64,000 bases of DNA from Candidatus Latescibacterota bacterium (GCA_965207885.1 OZ242311.1:2176001-2240000), one strand, 5' to 3'. Counted from the stretch's first letter, positions 1 to 9,914 are shown. Made by a program: numbers and translations. Notes: generated by a model from the sequence alone, not told the origin.

Positions 1-225
1 AGACCCGTGCTTGGCAACCAATTCTACTTCAAGATAATTTTTGTATTCGTTTAAAAGGCCAACCATTTCCTCAATTTTCTGTTTACCGTTCGAATTTAGG
101 GCTCTCATACTTGAAATCCAATACTCGTAGGCACTATAAGCTTCTTCCAGTATTGATTTATCATCAATACATTTTGGATTTCTCAATGCCGCCAACAATT
201 TTTCTCTATGGGGTGTTTTTGCCAT
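1..225 (-). CDS. Restriction endonuclease, Bpu10I-family-like (N-terminal 75 aa; runs off window start)
   Basis: Not in the ORF track. Manual translation from ATG at 225 gives MAKTPHREKLLAALRNPKCIDDKSILEEAYSAYEYWISSMRALNSNGKQKIEEMVGLLNEYKNYLEVELVAKHGS, open to the window edge. It overlaps the 3' end of the methyltransferase gene. The PHxEKL...Y..W...LLNEYK pattern recalls Bpu10I-family N-termini. Confidence 0.6.
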   Translation of the reverse strand, partial: MAKTPHREKLLAALRNPKCIDDKSILEEAYSAYEYWISSMRALNSNGKQKIEEMVGLLNEYKNYLEVELVAKHGS

Positions 226-1435
226 TCTGAAACACTTCCTGTAAAAAAAATAAGGGAGATGGATGAACACTGTAAATGTCAGAAAGGACATCTTGAATTT
301 CGGGTTTTATACCGTCTTCAGCCTGTGAAATAGACGCTTTCAGGTGCTTGCGTGCTATCTTTCGCGCTTCAATTTCCTCAGGTGGGCTTTGATCCTTTTT
401 TGCTACAATAATGTCCTCTTTAATTTTAGCACCAAATCTGTTGATGAAATGTCTTTCGTAAGTCGCAATATCACAGAAGCCACCGGCTTTCAACAAGAGG
501 TCCTTTATGATTAAACCGTTGTAGAATGGCACACGCCGTACGCGGGATTCGCGTCCCACGACTAATACGATTATTCCATTTCTTTCTAATGTGTGCCAAA
601 AATTATGAAGACTTCGATTCATCTCCAGGCAATATTGTACGACAGTTCTAAACCGGTTGCTTCGATTCTTCCTGTTGGAACCAATTTCACTGTGTGCAAC
701 TTTTAGGAGATTCCAACCGAGAATTTCCATTACAGCCCTGTGATTCTGGTGATAGTTAAATACGTTGATATAAGGCGGGCTGGTTAAAATCAAATTGGCT
801 TTGGTTGGAGAATTTTCGGATAAGCATCTTGCATCTCCTAAAAATGCCCGTATCGGTGCATCTGTAAATGGCAGGCTCAGTGTCGCCTGCTTAATAGAGT
901 TAAAAGACGACACGATGGCCGAATTTAAGTCTTTGTGTTTTCTATTTTCAGCAGAAAAAATGACGTTTAAGGCAATCACCATTTCATCCTTATCTGAGAT
1001 CGAAGCGAGCAACTCTTTTGAAAAGTCAATTAAATTCTCGTAGCGGCTTCTGTATTCACGACAATTTTTGAAAAGTGGCAGCCCTCCAAAATTGTGAAGC
1101 AGATCGTGAATTTTCTCCTGTAAATCACTGACGATCACTTCGCGGTCTTTCATACATTTATTTGACAGAGAGAAAAACTTTGACATCGCATAAGCCGCTG
1201 GATTGATTTCATAGCCATACCCACTCAGGCCCTTGCATGCACAGGCCTGAAGCACCGTTCCACTGCCCGAAAATGGATCAATGACAGTGAATCCCTTTCC
1301 TGAGAATCTATCTATAATATAATCAACGAATTGAGGCGTAAATTGTCCGCGCCAGGCAAATAAATTCGTCCGTTGTTTTTCTTTTACATTCAGTTTATCT
1401 TGTTCTAAGATAATTTTGCTTTTTGTACTATTCAT
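206..1435 (-). CDS. Amino-DNA methyltransferase (N4-cytosine/N6-adenine, alpha motif order)
   Basis: Motif I DPFSGSGT precedes catalytic motif IV TSPPY; AT-rich; coupled to the downstream endonuclease-like ORF. Confidence 0.88.
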   Translation of the reverse strand: MNSTKSKIILEQDKLNVKEKQRTNLFAWRGQFTPQFVDYIIDRFSGKGFTVIDPFSGSGTVLQACACKGLSGYGYEINPAAYAMSKFFSLSNKCMKDREVIVSDLQEKIHDLLHNFGGLPLFKNCREYRSRYENLIDFSKELLASISDKDEMVIALNVIFSAENRKHKDLNSAIVSSFNSIKQATLSLPFTDAPIRAFLGDARCLSENSPTKANLILTSPPYINVFNYHQNHRAVMEILGWNLLKVAHSEIGSNRKNRSNRFRTVVQYCLEMNRSLHNFWHTLERNGIIVLVVGRESRVRRVPFYNGLIIKDLLLKAGGFCDIATYERHFINRFGAKIKEDIIVAKKDQSPPEEIEARKIARKHLKASISQAEDGIKPEIQDVLSDIYSVHPSPLFFLQEVFQNGKNTP

Positions 1436-1528
1436 CTTCTTCTCCTATGCTTTGCGTCGTATGTGGAAATCACCAATAAATATAGTATCCATTTGTTTAC
1501 TGATCAAGGGAGAATTTATTCCTATTTT

Positions 1529-1705
1529 AAGGCGGCACGCAATACGTTTAACAAAGCCCGACGTGTGAATTTGCGCTTGACCGAATACGATTTTGAACAG
1601 GCACATGTCAGGGCACTTGAAGAAGGTCTGCCCTACCAGACCCTGCTATCGAGCATTATTCATAAATACTTAACGGGAAGATTGGTAGAGCGAACTGATA
1701 GATGA
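1529..1705 (+). pseudogene. CopG/RHH-type antitoxin, probably N-terminally truncated
   Basis: KAARNTFNKARRVNLRLTEYDFEQAHVRALEEGLPYQTLLSSIIHKYLTGRL matches the RVNIRL...ALEEGxPYQTLxSSIxHKY antitoxin pattern. The upstream part of ORF 1463-1705 lacks the usual acidic N-terminus and an RBS, and no toxin gene is adjacent. Confidence 0.6.
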
Positions 1706-1737
1706 TCAATGGCGTTTTAATACCGCTTCTCAGGCGA

Positions 1738-1771
1738 ATCCCCCGATAGTTCAAAGCTATCGGGGATTTTT
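1738..1771. terminator. Intrinsic terminator between convergent genes
   Basis: Stem-loop CCCCGATAG-ttcaaag-CTATCGGGG followed by ATTTTT. Confidence 0.7.
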
Positions 1772-1775
1772 CTAT

Positions 1776-2675
1776 CTACAACGCATCTGTGCGGAATAGA
1801 GGGCGAAGTTTTGTGAGGATGGCGTCGAGTTCGCGGTGGTCATCTTCATCCATTTTTGTGCTGCCGGGCGCACGCATGCCGCTCGTTTTGAAGATGCCCC
1901 GGCGAATGAGTACTTCTTTGACCAGGCGGAGACCGAGGATTTGGATCAGGTTGGTGAGTGGAAGGAGTTGATCGAAGAGATCGCGTGCCCTGTCTTCGTC
2001 GCCTGATTGAAAGGCATCCCAGATATCAACGTGAATATCGACAACCGGGGCGCCGGGCATAAAGCCACTGGCGCCTCGTCGCATTTCTGAGATCATCCAG
2101 CGGCACCATGCCCCGCCAAAAACGCCCTGACAGTGATCACCTGCTTCGGCGACAATGGCACTGATGTGATGTGCGCTGGGATTGGCTTCTTCTTTGACGT
2201 AGATGAGATGCTCGACTTCGGTGAGCAGGCGAACGAGTGCGGGAGGTTGCAGGCCAGTACCTGCGTTCTGGATGAAAATGGGCAATTGTCCCGCGTTGGA
2301 AATGGCCTCGAAGTAGCGGAGATTTTCGTCGGGTCCTCCGCTGCCCATATAGGGTGGCATGGCGATGACAGCGTCGGCTCCTGCACGCCCGGCGTGGGCG
2401 GCGTGTTCGGTGGCTGTGGAGATATTGGTGCCGGCCACACCGGTGATGACGGGGATGCGTTTGTCGGTTTTTTTGACGACGATTTCGACCAGGGTTTGCC
2501 GCTCTCGATCGGAGAGATATTGAAATTCACCTCCGAGCACGGGAAAGACCATGCCACCTGCACCGGCGGCGATGCAGAAGTCGATTTGCCGTTCAAGGCT
2601 TTCGATGTCGAAGTCGCCGGATTCGGCAACGGGTGTTTGTAATACGGGCAAGATACCGCGGATGGGATCGCTCAC
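1776..2675 (-). CDS. DapA/NanA-like class I aldolase/dehydratase family protein
   Basis: GILPVLQTP, GGEFQYLSDRER, PVITGV, AVIAMPPY and Schiff-base Lys in YVKEE. Confidence 0.85.
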   Translation of the reverse strand: MSDPIRGILPVLQTPVAESGDFDIESLERQIDFCIAAGAGGMVFPVLGGEFQYLSDRERQTLVEIVVKKTDKRIPVITGVAGTNISTATEHAAHAGRAGADAVIAMPPYMGSGGPDENLRYFEAISNAGQLPIFIQNAGTGLQPPALVRLLTEVEHLIYVKEEANPSAHHISAIVAEAGDHCQGVFGGAWCRWMISEMRRGASGFMPGAPVVDIHVDIWDAFQSGDEDRARDLFDQLLPLTNLIQILGLRLVKEVLIRRGIFKTSGMRAPGSTKMDEDDHRELDAILTKLRPLFRTDAL

Positions 2676-2705
2676 GGAGGTCTCCTGTGTTAGAATTGCT
2701 GGCTG

Positions 2706-5375
2706 CTAATAATCGTACGATAGTGAAATATTCCAGCGGCGCAATAGGCCGAGGAATACGCGGGCACTTGCTGCGTCGTGATTATTGCCGTCGTCTGCAT
2801 CGGATATATAGCGTTCGTCGAGCAAATTGAAGACGTGTAATTGCAGTTTCACTTTGCCATTGCCAAATGTATTGCCGGGCAAGGTGTAGCCCGCATGCAG
2901 GTTTATCAGGTTGTAATTCGGGAGTTGCCAGGACTGTTTTCGGTCGCTGGCATCTGTTCGGTTGGCGGGGTCAAATTTGGCATAGTGATCCATAAATCGC
3001 CGCAGATTCAGCGAGGCGTAGAGGCCGCGTGTGGGAAATATTGTGCCGCTCAGTGCAAGGGTTTTTTGCGCCGAGTCGCCCACTTTTAGTCCTTTGGCAT
3101 AGACTTGAAAGTTGCCGATGGCCGATGGGTCTTCTTCAGGGGAAAATGTGACATTGGCATCGTTGAGCCATTCCCAATTGCCCAGCGATAACATGCCGCG
3201 CACTTCCAGCATGGAATGGGGACGCGCTTTCAGGTCGAACTCTATACCCGTATGCCGCGCGTCAATGCCGTTTAGCAAAAACCGGAAGCGCTGGTCGAGT
3301 TTTTCGCTGTAAATGCTCTTGGGCCACGAACGGTCTATCCATCTGGTGTAATAGAAATTTGTGTTTGCTGTCACTACGCCGCGTTTGAAATACCCGGTGC
3401 CCAACTCAAAGGAGGCGACTTTTTCATTGAAGGTGGGGTCGTAAAGGCTGTTGTCGTAGTGATAAACGGAGTCGAATTTGGGGGCTGTTGAAAGCCAGCC
3501 GATGTTGGCATACATATTGACTACGGGGGTTGCATTGTAGTTGCCGCCCACTTTTACGGTGTAGCCTTTGAAGTTTTCCCAGTCTGTCTGGTCCCAGTCG
3601 CCGTTGACCTTTGCGCGGAAATAGTCAATGCGTTTATAACCTGTTATGGACGCAGATGTGCTCAAAAATGCCGTAAAGTCGTTGAACCGACCTTCGAGTT
3701 GTGCAAAACCACCCCCCCAGCGCGTGAGACCATCGTTGTGGTAGGAGACTTTGTCGCCGAGTCGCTTGACGGAGGTCGTGGCATTGTTATCCCAGGGGAA
3801 GACGTAATAATCGGCACCGAGCAGATTGCGTACTTCGCGCCAGTGCTGCCCTCTGTAATAGCGCAAATCTATACCAAAAGCCAGCGTATAAATATCGCTC
3901 AAACGGTGTTCAGCTGTGCCCAAATATCCATACCAGAAGTGCTGGTTGACCGAGTTTCGGATGACGGTTCTCGCCGCAATTTCATTGGCACCTACTTCGC
4001 CTGCACCTACCAGGTCGAGATGGGCTTCCGATGCTGTTTGGGTGTTCAATTCATCGGCAACGCGTTGCCAGTTGATGCTGCCGTCGGATAGCGAGCGCGG
4101 GTTGGTGCCCAAACGCCCTGTGCCGCCGCCTTTGCCGCGCGAAAAATAAAATACGTTGGACAGGATGAACTGCTCGTTGGGTGTCCAGTACCAGTTCAAA
4201 TTGATCTGGGGTTTGTGGTAAAAATTCTCGCGTTCCATGATGATTTCGCTATCGCGCGCATCGTGTACCTGGCCGTTGTAGTACTCCTGATAGGATGAGA
4301 ATGGCGAGCGTCCCCAGTTGGGGTTGTAGTCGATGCCGTAGTTTCTCGCATCCGAAACATCAATGCCCAGAGATCGGGCGTAATCGGCATCAAAGGTTGC
4401 GATGGATTGCTTGTAGAGGCGGTGTCCGTGGCGTTGTGGCGCGCCTACGACAAACAGGTCAATTTTGTGTGTCTCAGACGCGAAAAAGCTCAGTGCGCCA
4501 AAATAGGACCACGCCGATGTCCAGGCCTGATCGGGCAGGCCATCGCCGATTTTGCGCGTGAGGCCCAGGGTGAAAGCGGTTTTGCCGTTCATCAAACCCG
4601 ATGAAAAATTGACTGTGGTTTTGTAAAAGGCGTTGTTTCCCGCTTCCTGTTTGATTTTGAACCCGCGCTGTTGGCGGGCGATGTCGGTGACAATGTTCAT
4701 GGTGCCGCCCACTGAGGCTATTGCCAAATTTGAGGCGCCCAATCCGCGCTGTACCTGGATTGACGATGTGACATCGCTCAGGCCATCCCAGTTGGACCAA
4801 TAGACCCAGCCGTTTTCCATATCGTTGACTGGCACGCCATTGATCATGACGGCGACGTTGCGCTGGTCGAATCCCCTCACATTGATGCGAGAATCGCCAG
4901 GGCCTCCACCTTGCTCGGTTGCATAAACGCCCGGCGTATCATTCAAAATCATCGGGAGATCGCGCGAGCCGAGTTTGCGCTCCATATCGGCTTTTGGAAC
5001 GTCTGAGAAGGCAACGGGTGTTTCGCGCAATTTGGCGCGGTCGGCAACGACGGTGACTTCTTTGCCTCGAAATGCTTCGGGCATGAGTTCTATAAATAAC
5101 TCGGCAGCATCCGCTTTTACAACGATGGCGTTGCGATATTCTTTGTATCCTACAAAACTTATGACGAGTGTATAGTTGCCTTCGCCGATTCGGGTAATCT
5201 CAAATTGTCCATCGAGATCGGTAGCAGTTCCTCGCCCAGCACCTTCTAAATACACGTTTGCGCCCGGCAGGGCTTCACCGGTTTCGGCATCGCGCACTTT
5301 GCCTTTTAATTCGGCGGCAGACAGGATTGAGAGGGATAAAAAGAATAGAGCAAGAAACATAATCAGTTGCTTCAT
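2706..5375 (-). CDS. TonB-dependent receptor with N-terminal carboxypeptidase-regulatory-like domain
   Basis: RBS GAGGAG then MKQLIMF signal peptide; GKVRDAETGEALPGANV domain; plug INVRGFDQRNVAVMINGVPVND; C-terminal aromatic (SYDY). Confidence 0.92.
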   Translation of the reverse strand: MKQLIMFLALFFLSLSILSAAELKGKVRDAETGEALPGANVYLEGAGRGTATDLDGQFEITRIGEGNYTLVISFVGYKEYRNAIVVKADAAELFIELMPEAFRGKEVTVVADRAKLRETPVAFSDVPKADMERKLGSRDLPMILNDTPGVYATEQGGGPGDSRINVRGFDQRNVAVMINGVPVNDMENGWVYWSNWDGLSDVTSSIQVQRGLGASNLAIASVGGTMNIVTDIARQQRGFKIKQEAGNNAFYKTTVNFSSGLMNGKTAFTLGLTRKIGDGLPDQAWTSAWSYFGALSFFASETHKIDLFVVGAPQRHGHRLYKQSIATFDADYARSLGIDVSDARNYGIDYNPNWGRSPFSSYQEYYNGQVHDARDSEIIMERENFYHKPQINLNWYWTPNEQFILSNVFYFSRGKGGGTGRLGTNPRSLSDGSINWQRVADELNTQTASEAHLDLVGAGEVGANEIAARTVIRNSVNQHFWYGYLGTAEHRLSDIYTLAFGIDLRYYRGQHWREVRNLLGADYYVFPWDNNATTSVKRLGDKVSYHNDGLTRWGGGFAQLEGRFNDFTAFLSTSASITGYKRIDYFRAKVNGDWDQTDWENFKGYTVKVGGNYNATPVVNMYANIGWLSTAPKFDSVYHYDNSLYDPTFNEKVASFELGTGYFKRGVVTANTNFYYTRWIDRSWPKSIYSEKLDQRFRFLLNGIDARHTGIEFDLKARPHSMLEVRGMLSLGNWEWLNDANVTFSPEEDPSAIGNFQVYAKGLKVGDSAQKTLALSGTIFPTRGLYASLNLRRFMDHYAKFDPANRTDASDRKQSWQLPNYNLINLHAGYTLPGNTFGNGKVKLQLHVFNLLDERYISDADDGNNHDAASARVFLGLLRRWNISLSYDY

Positions 5376-5513
5376 ATTGTATCTCCTCAGTAAAAAATGG
5401 GTCAACATACGCTATGCGTGGCGTATTGGACGATGTTATTACGATAAATCTAAATATATACAATGTTCGGTTGACAACAAGTGTGATCGGGTAAAACAAC
5501 TCTGCAATGAGAT

Positions 5514-5546
5514 ACGGCCTGCATTGGCAATGCAGGCCGTTTTATT
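5514..5546. terminator. Perfect 13-bp inverted repeat just downstream of the creatininase gene
   Basis: ACGGCCTGCATTG-g-CAATGCAGGCCGT; the T-run lies on the + strand side only. Confidence 0.5.
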
Positions 5547-6446
5547 TTACCATTCGCGGTCTGGTACTTTCCAGTTGGCGTACCAGACAGAGTCTTCCGG
5601 GAGCGTGGCGTCGTCCGACCACGCTGTTTGCATCGTGCGGAAGTTGGGGAGTTCAGGGCGGATAACGGTTTCCCAGATGTGTTCGACCTGGTCGAAGGTG
5701 CGAAGTTTTTGTATGGGTTTTTCCGATTCATACGCGGCGAGTAATTCTCTAACTTTGTTGCCGAGCCACTCGATTTCGTCATTGACCATGCGCTCGCCAA
5801 TTTGGCGATTGGATTCGCGGACATTTTGGCCCATGGCAAAGTGTGGACCGGGTTCACTTTTGGGCGGCAAACGCGAGATATCGACACAGTCGGGTTCCAT
5901 GGCCCAAAGAAGCGAGGTTTCGACTTTTCCCGCGTGGTCGCCACCGCTGTTGTTGTCATTGTCAAAGCCGGGTTGGTTGGCTTCAAAGTCGGGTAGGCTA
6001 TACAGGCGCGTGCCCACATGGGGCTGGATGAGTTCACACAGGGTTTTCAGGTCTTGCCAGTTGGGGCCGTAGTGCCCAGTGAGGAAGATGGCCGCTTGAA
6101 AGCCGAGGGTGTCGGCCTGGCGGATGTGATAGCAGATGTTTTTGAAGTGTTGCCAGGGCGGCATACAGGTTAGCCAGGATCGATCGGATTTGCCAACCGA
6201 GCGTTCTGACCAGAGGGCATAGCCTCCAATTTCGTGGATATGCCAGTAGTCGGGCGGGGCGACAATGCCGCCGTGTTTGTGCGCGGTGCGAACGGCAATG
6301 CCGTGGGCTTTGAGAGCGTCGAGTCCCACAGCATTTTGTGGGCCGTGTGGTTCGCACAGGCCATAGGAAAAATAGACGACTGGACAGGCTTTGAATGCGG
6401 CTTCGAGTTCATCGGGGAACATGCGCTCCCAGCGTACGTCTCTCAC
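5547..6446 (-). CDS. Creatininase/MftE family amidohydrolase
   Basis: GLCEPHGP...GLD, TGHYG and DHAGKVETS metal-binding motifs. Confidence 0.88.
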   Translation of the reverse strand: MRDVRWERMFPDELEAAFKACPVVYFSYGLCEPHGPQNAVGLDALKAHGIAVRTAHKHGGIVAPPDYWHIHEIGGYALWSERSVGKSDRSWLTCMPPWQHFKNICYHIRQADTLGFQAAIFLTGHYGPNWQDLKTLCELIQPHVGTRLYSLPDFEANQPGFDNDNNSGGDHAGKVETSLLWAMEPDCVDISRLPPKSEPGPHFAMGQNVRESNRQIGERMVNDEIEWLGNKVRELLAAYESEKPIQKLRTFDQVEHIWETVIRPELPNFRTMQTAWSDDATLPEDSVWYANWKVPDREW

Positions 6447-6480
6447 GGCGGAGTACTCCTTTTGAAAAATTGGAATGAAG

Positions 6481-8844
6481 CTATGATTCCAAATCGTGGT
6501 GCAGTTTTAGTTTGGTGATAAATTCTGGTGTGAGTGTGGTTCCCGAGTTTTTGAGATGGTCTATGACATCATTCCCAAGTGCTGTATTGAGATGGTAGTG
6601 TTGTACAGATTCGTTGATTTTGATGAAGCCCAGGCGGTCTATCAGGTCCGGGTTCATTGTGCCGTTGACGATGGGCGCGTGAAGGGTGCAGTTGGTGAAG
6701 CGCGTGCCCAGTGTGCTTTGTAAAATGTAAAATTGCTCTGGTACTTTTTTGACGTCGGGCTGGAGATGGCACTCGGTAAATACGAGTTCGCCCCGTAAAT
6801 TGGGTGCGGTTATGGTGTTCAGGCTGCACCGTTCAAAAGTCGCACTGGCAATGCAGTTGCCCAGGTACGCACTGATATTTTCACAGTCGGTAAATCGCAT
6901 TTTGGGATAGAGGGCGAGTGCATCGGCATAGTCGGTCGCTGATTCTCCACCGATCAGGATATGTACCTGTTCGTCATCGTCGGCAATTTCCTGAGTGAAT
7001 TTTTCGAGTTGTATATTGTCGCAGATGAGGGTGCTGTTGGCGTGGAGTTGCGTGCCATCGTAGCCGCCATTGCGGCGCAGGTCGTAGTAGTGTGGATTGG
7101 GTATGCGGATGAGGCGAACGCCTTGCTTTCTACCTTCGATGGTGATGTTGCGAAATTCAATGCGATGGGGAAAGAAGAGGCGGGCATTGTTTTTGGTTTT
7201 GGAAAAGGGGACAGTGTCCATTAGCCAGCACGGTGCAGTTGATGCAGGTGCAGCACTGTAATCGATGAGCAGGTCTTCGATTGTGACCGTGCGTGCAAAT
7301 CCTATGGGATACTGGTAGTCGAAATCGGCCGGACGACAGGATAGGACAGAAACGCGGCCATTGCTACTGGGTATTAACCGACAGCCGCGGATGCGTATGT
7401 GCCCGTCCCATTTGGCCCCATAGTCGCGTCGGAAATTGACAAATTGGTTGCCGTGGCGCGTGGTGTTTTCGATTACCAATTCACCGCCACCTGTAAGGGC
7501 GATGCCTTTGAAGCCAATGGTGCAGTTGCTAATGTAGAGGTTCCAGCAGTGGAAATGCACGTCGATGCGGTTGAGGCGGCAGTTTTCAACGCGGAAGTTT
7601 TTGTTGAGGTTGGTGCCAAAAACACCCCAGGCTACCCAGCCGCCTTCTGCTGTGATGTTGCGAAAGGTGCAATTGAGCATCCGCGCACCGCCAATACCAT
7701 AGGTGCCCGCGCCGAGCACTCTGTCTTTTTCTTCGCGATTTTTCTCCCAGGGCATTGCGCGGATATTTTCCAGTGTGACATCGTAAACACCGCTGAATAC
7801 GTAAAAGCCGCGACGGGGGTGCATGGATATATCGCGTTTCCCCTTTTCCAGGCCCATCCATTGTTCGCGAATGATGGTGCGGCTGCGCCTGATGGAGATA
7901 CCGTGATGGTGATATCTCCAGGAACTACCGCTTCCACTGTCGCCAGAAAAGTAAAATCCTCCGCCTTCGACGATGAGGTAATTGTCGTTGCAGGGTATGG
8001 CGGTGATGTCAGTGAAGTTTTTGAATTCCCAGGCTATATCGCCAATGATGCGGCCCTCTTCTTCAACATAGAATAGTTCTTCGCGCCCCCATCCCGCCTT
8101 TGAATAATTGCCTGCCCGAATGCCAATGCGGTCATCGTCATCTTCAGCGATGATAAGATGTCCCGCATATTGCGCCAGTTCGGGAATGAGTTGTACGCCG
8201 GGTTTTAGCTTTTCCAATAAAGCGGCTTTGATGGTTTTGTCTCGCATGAGTTTTTTTGACGGGTGATCGTTGAGAATTTCAAAGCGCGGCTCCCTTCGGC
8301 TGTTGTACTGTTCATTGATGTGAAAAATTGTTTGACCCCAGGAGACGTTGGTTTTGATGGGTATGTCATTGGTTTGCAAGATCCAATATTCGCCGCTTAA
8401 ATTCACAATTGGGACTTTGTGTGCGTTGGCGTATTTATGCGCCAGGGTTATTCGTACGCCATCGTCGTTTTTACCGTCGCCAATCGCGCCAAACATTTTG
8501 TAGTTCACTGCTTCGTTTTCGTGTAAGGTAGCGACGAATCCATTGTCCAATGCGATGATGTCGGCATCATTTGGCTGGATATTTGCATCTGTTTTTTCGA
8601 TGTGGTACAGGGCTGCGCCTCCGTCGCCGGGAGTGTAAAAACCCACAGTTTCTACCCAGTCGCCTTCGCGGGTTTCGGACGAGGATTTCATAGCTTGAAC
8701 GGTGGCGTAGCGCGTTATGGTTGCACTGTTAGTTGTGTTCACGTCGGTCTCCTGAGACAATGCGCGCTGTGTGAGGGCAATACCACTGATGCCAATGCCA
8801 GCGAGTGCTTTGCGTCTGGATAATTTATGTGGTTGTTTGGACAT
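6481..8844 (-). CDS. Tat-exported right-handed beta-helix protein (pectate-lyase-like / tailspike-like)
   Basis: Twin-arginine signal SRRKALAGIG; TVGFYTPGDGGAALY and VNYKMFGAIGDGKNDD motifs; repeated VTLENI/CTFRNI/FRVENC/LYISNC beta-helix rungs. Confidence 0.7.
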   Translation of the reverse strand: MSKQPHKLSRRKALAGIGISGIALTQRALSQETDVNTTNSATITRYATVQAMKSSSETREGDWVETVGFYTPGDGGAALYHIEKTDANIQPNDADIIALDNGFVATLHENEAVNYKMFGAIGDGKNDDGVRITLAHKYANAHKVPIVNLSGEYWILQTNDIPIKTNVSWGQTIFHINEQYNSRREPRFEILNDHPSKKLMRDKTIKAALLEKLKPGVQLIPELAQYAGHLIIAEDDDDRIGIRAGNYSKAGWGREELFYVEEEGRIIGDIAWEFKNFTDITAIPCNDNYLIVEGGGFYFSGDSGSGSSWRYHHHGISIRRSRTIIREQWMGLEKGKRDISMHPRRGFYVFSGVYDVTLENIRAMPWEKNREEKDRVLGAGTYGIGGARMLNCTFRNITAEGGWVAWGVFGTNLNKNFRVENCRLNRIDVHFHCWNLYISNCTIGFKGIALTGGGELVIENTTRHGNQFVNFRRDYGAKWDGHIRIRGCRLIPSSNGRVSVLSCRPADFDYQYPIGFARTVTIEDLLIDYSAAPASTAPCWLMDTVPFSKTKNNARLFFPHRIEFRNITIEGRKQGVRLIRIPNPHYYDLRRNGGYDGTQLHANSTLICDNIQLEKFTQEIADDDEQVHILIGGESATDYADALALYPKMRFTDCENISAYLGNCIASATFERCSLNTITAPNLRGELVFTECHLQPDVKKVPEQFYILQSTLGTRFTNCTLHAPIVNGTMNPDLIDRLGFIKINESVQHYHLNTALGNDVIDHLKNSGTTLTPEFITKLKLHHDLES

Positions 8845-8867
8845 GGCTTTTTTTGAATGTCAAATTT

Positions 8868-9914
8868 TTACTGTACTTTTCCGCGTCCGGCAACTTCCCA
8901 TATATGTTCTACATTGCCATTTCGCACGGCATAGACTTTATCGTGTAGATTGGTGGTCATACCCTGATGCAGGGGAATGACAGAGAGGCGGTCGCCTACG
9001 GTGAAGGTGTGGTTGCATTCTGAGATATCGACGTGACCGTGTTCGACAGACATGCCGTAGATTTTGGCATTGGGGTGTTCAACGATGTGTCCATAAGGGG
9101 TGGGGGCATAACTGGTGAATGTTTTTTGCCCGCCATCGATGATGACGCGGTCGGGTGTAGGTGTGCTGACGATGGTGACTATCATGCGCTCGGCACAGGT
9201 GATGGGGTTGGGCGGGTTGTTTTCGCGGTTGATGCGGCGGAGACCTTCAAAGACGTAGGATCCAATGCGGGTTTCAGTGCAGCCAATGGCTTTGGAGACT
9301 TCGGCAGAGCCCGTGCCTCCTCCGCTGATGGTGTTGACCGCGATGCCCGCGCTTTGAAGCAGGTCGCGCGTTTGGTCAATGAAGGCTTTGGCGCGTTCGT
9401 GACTGGGATAGGTCATGATGCCCTGGAACTGAAGGCCGGGCATGTTTGTAACTTTTTGCGCGAGTTCAAGCGCGGCTTTGGGCGATTGTACACCGCAGCG
9501 ATTGCCACCGGTGTCGCATTCGATTAGGATGTTGATGGTAACATCGTTTTTTGTTGCACCATCGGATAGACCGCGCGCGGTGATTTCCGAATCGACGGCG
9601 ACGGTCATGGTGGCGCGTTTGCACAGTTCGGCGAGGCGTTTGACTTTGATGGGGCCGACGATATTATAGGGGATGAGGATGTTGGGAATGCCCGCTTTGA
9701 CCATGGCTTCGGCCTCGCCCACTTTTTGACAGACAATGCCAATGGCTCCCGCAGCGAGTTGCATTCTGGCGATTTCGGGGATTTTGTGCGTTTTGGTGTG
9801 TACGCGCAGGGGAATGTCGAATTTGTCGCATGCCTCTTGGGTTTCCCAAATATTTTTTTCGAGGATATCGAGGTCGATGGTGAGCGCGGGTGTGTCGAGG
9901 TCGTGTATGGTCAT
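8868..9914 (-). CDS. DSD1/D-threonine aldolase family PLP enzyme (alanine-racemase fold)
   Basis: DTPALTIDL, RVHTKTHK (PLP Lys), ECDTGGNRCGV, IDGGQK, SVEHG. Start placed at MTIHDLDTP. Confidence 0.88.
   Translation of the reverse strand: MTIHDLDTPALTIDLDILEKNIWETQEACDKFDIPLRVHTKTHKIPEIARMQLAAGAIGIVCQKVGEAEAMVKAGIPNILIPYNIVGPIKVKRLAELCKRATMTVAVDSEITARGLSDGATKNDVTINILIECDTGGNRCGVQSPKAALELAQKVTNMPGLQFQGIMTYPSHERAKAFIDQTRDLLQSAGIAVNTISGGGTGSAEVSKAIGCTETRIGSYVFEGLRRINRENNPPNPITCAERMIVTIVSTPTPDRVIIDGGQKTFTSYAPTPYGHIVEHPNAKIYGMSVEHGHVDISECNHTFTVGDRLSVIPLHQGMTTNLHDKVYAVRNGNVEHIWEVAGRGKVQ

Noticed and set aside
5376-5546. Cobalamin or TPP riboswitch upstream of the TonB receptor
   Set aside because: No recognisable B12-box or TPP core motifs; the region is short and AT-rich.
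5176-6072. Long + strand ORF (298 aa) and the many other antisense or alternate-frame ORFs in the track
   Set aside because: They shadow well-supported genes on the other strand or frame and show no motifs.
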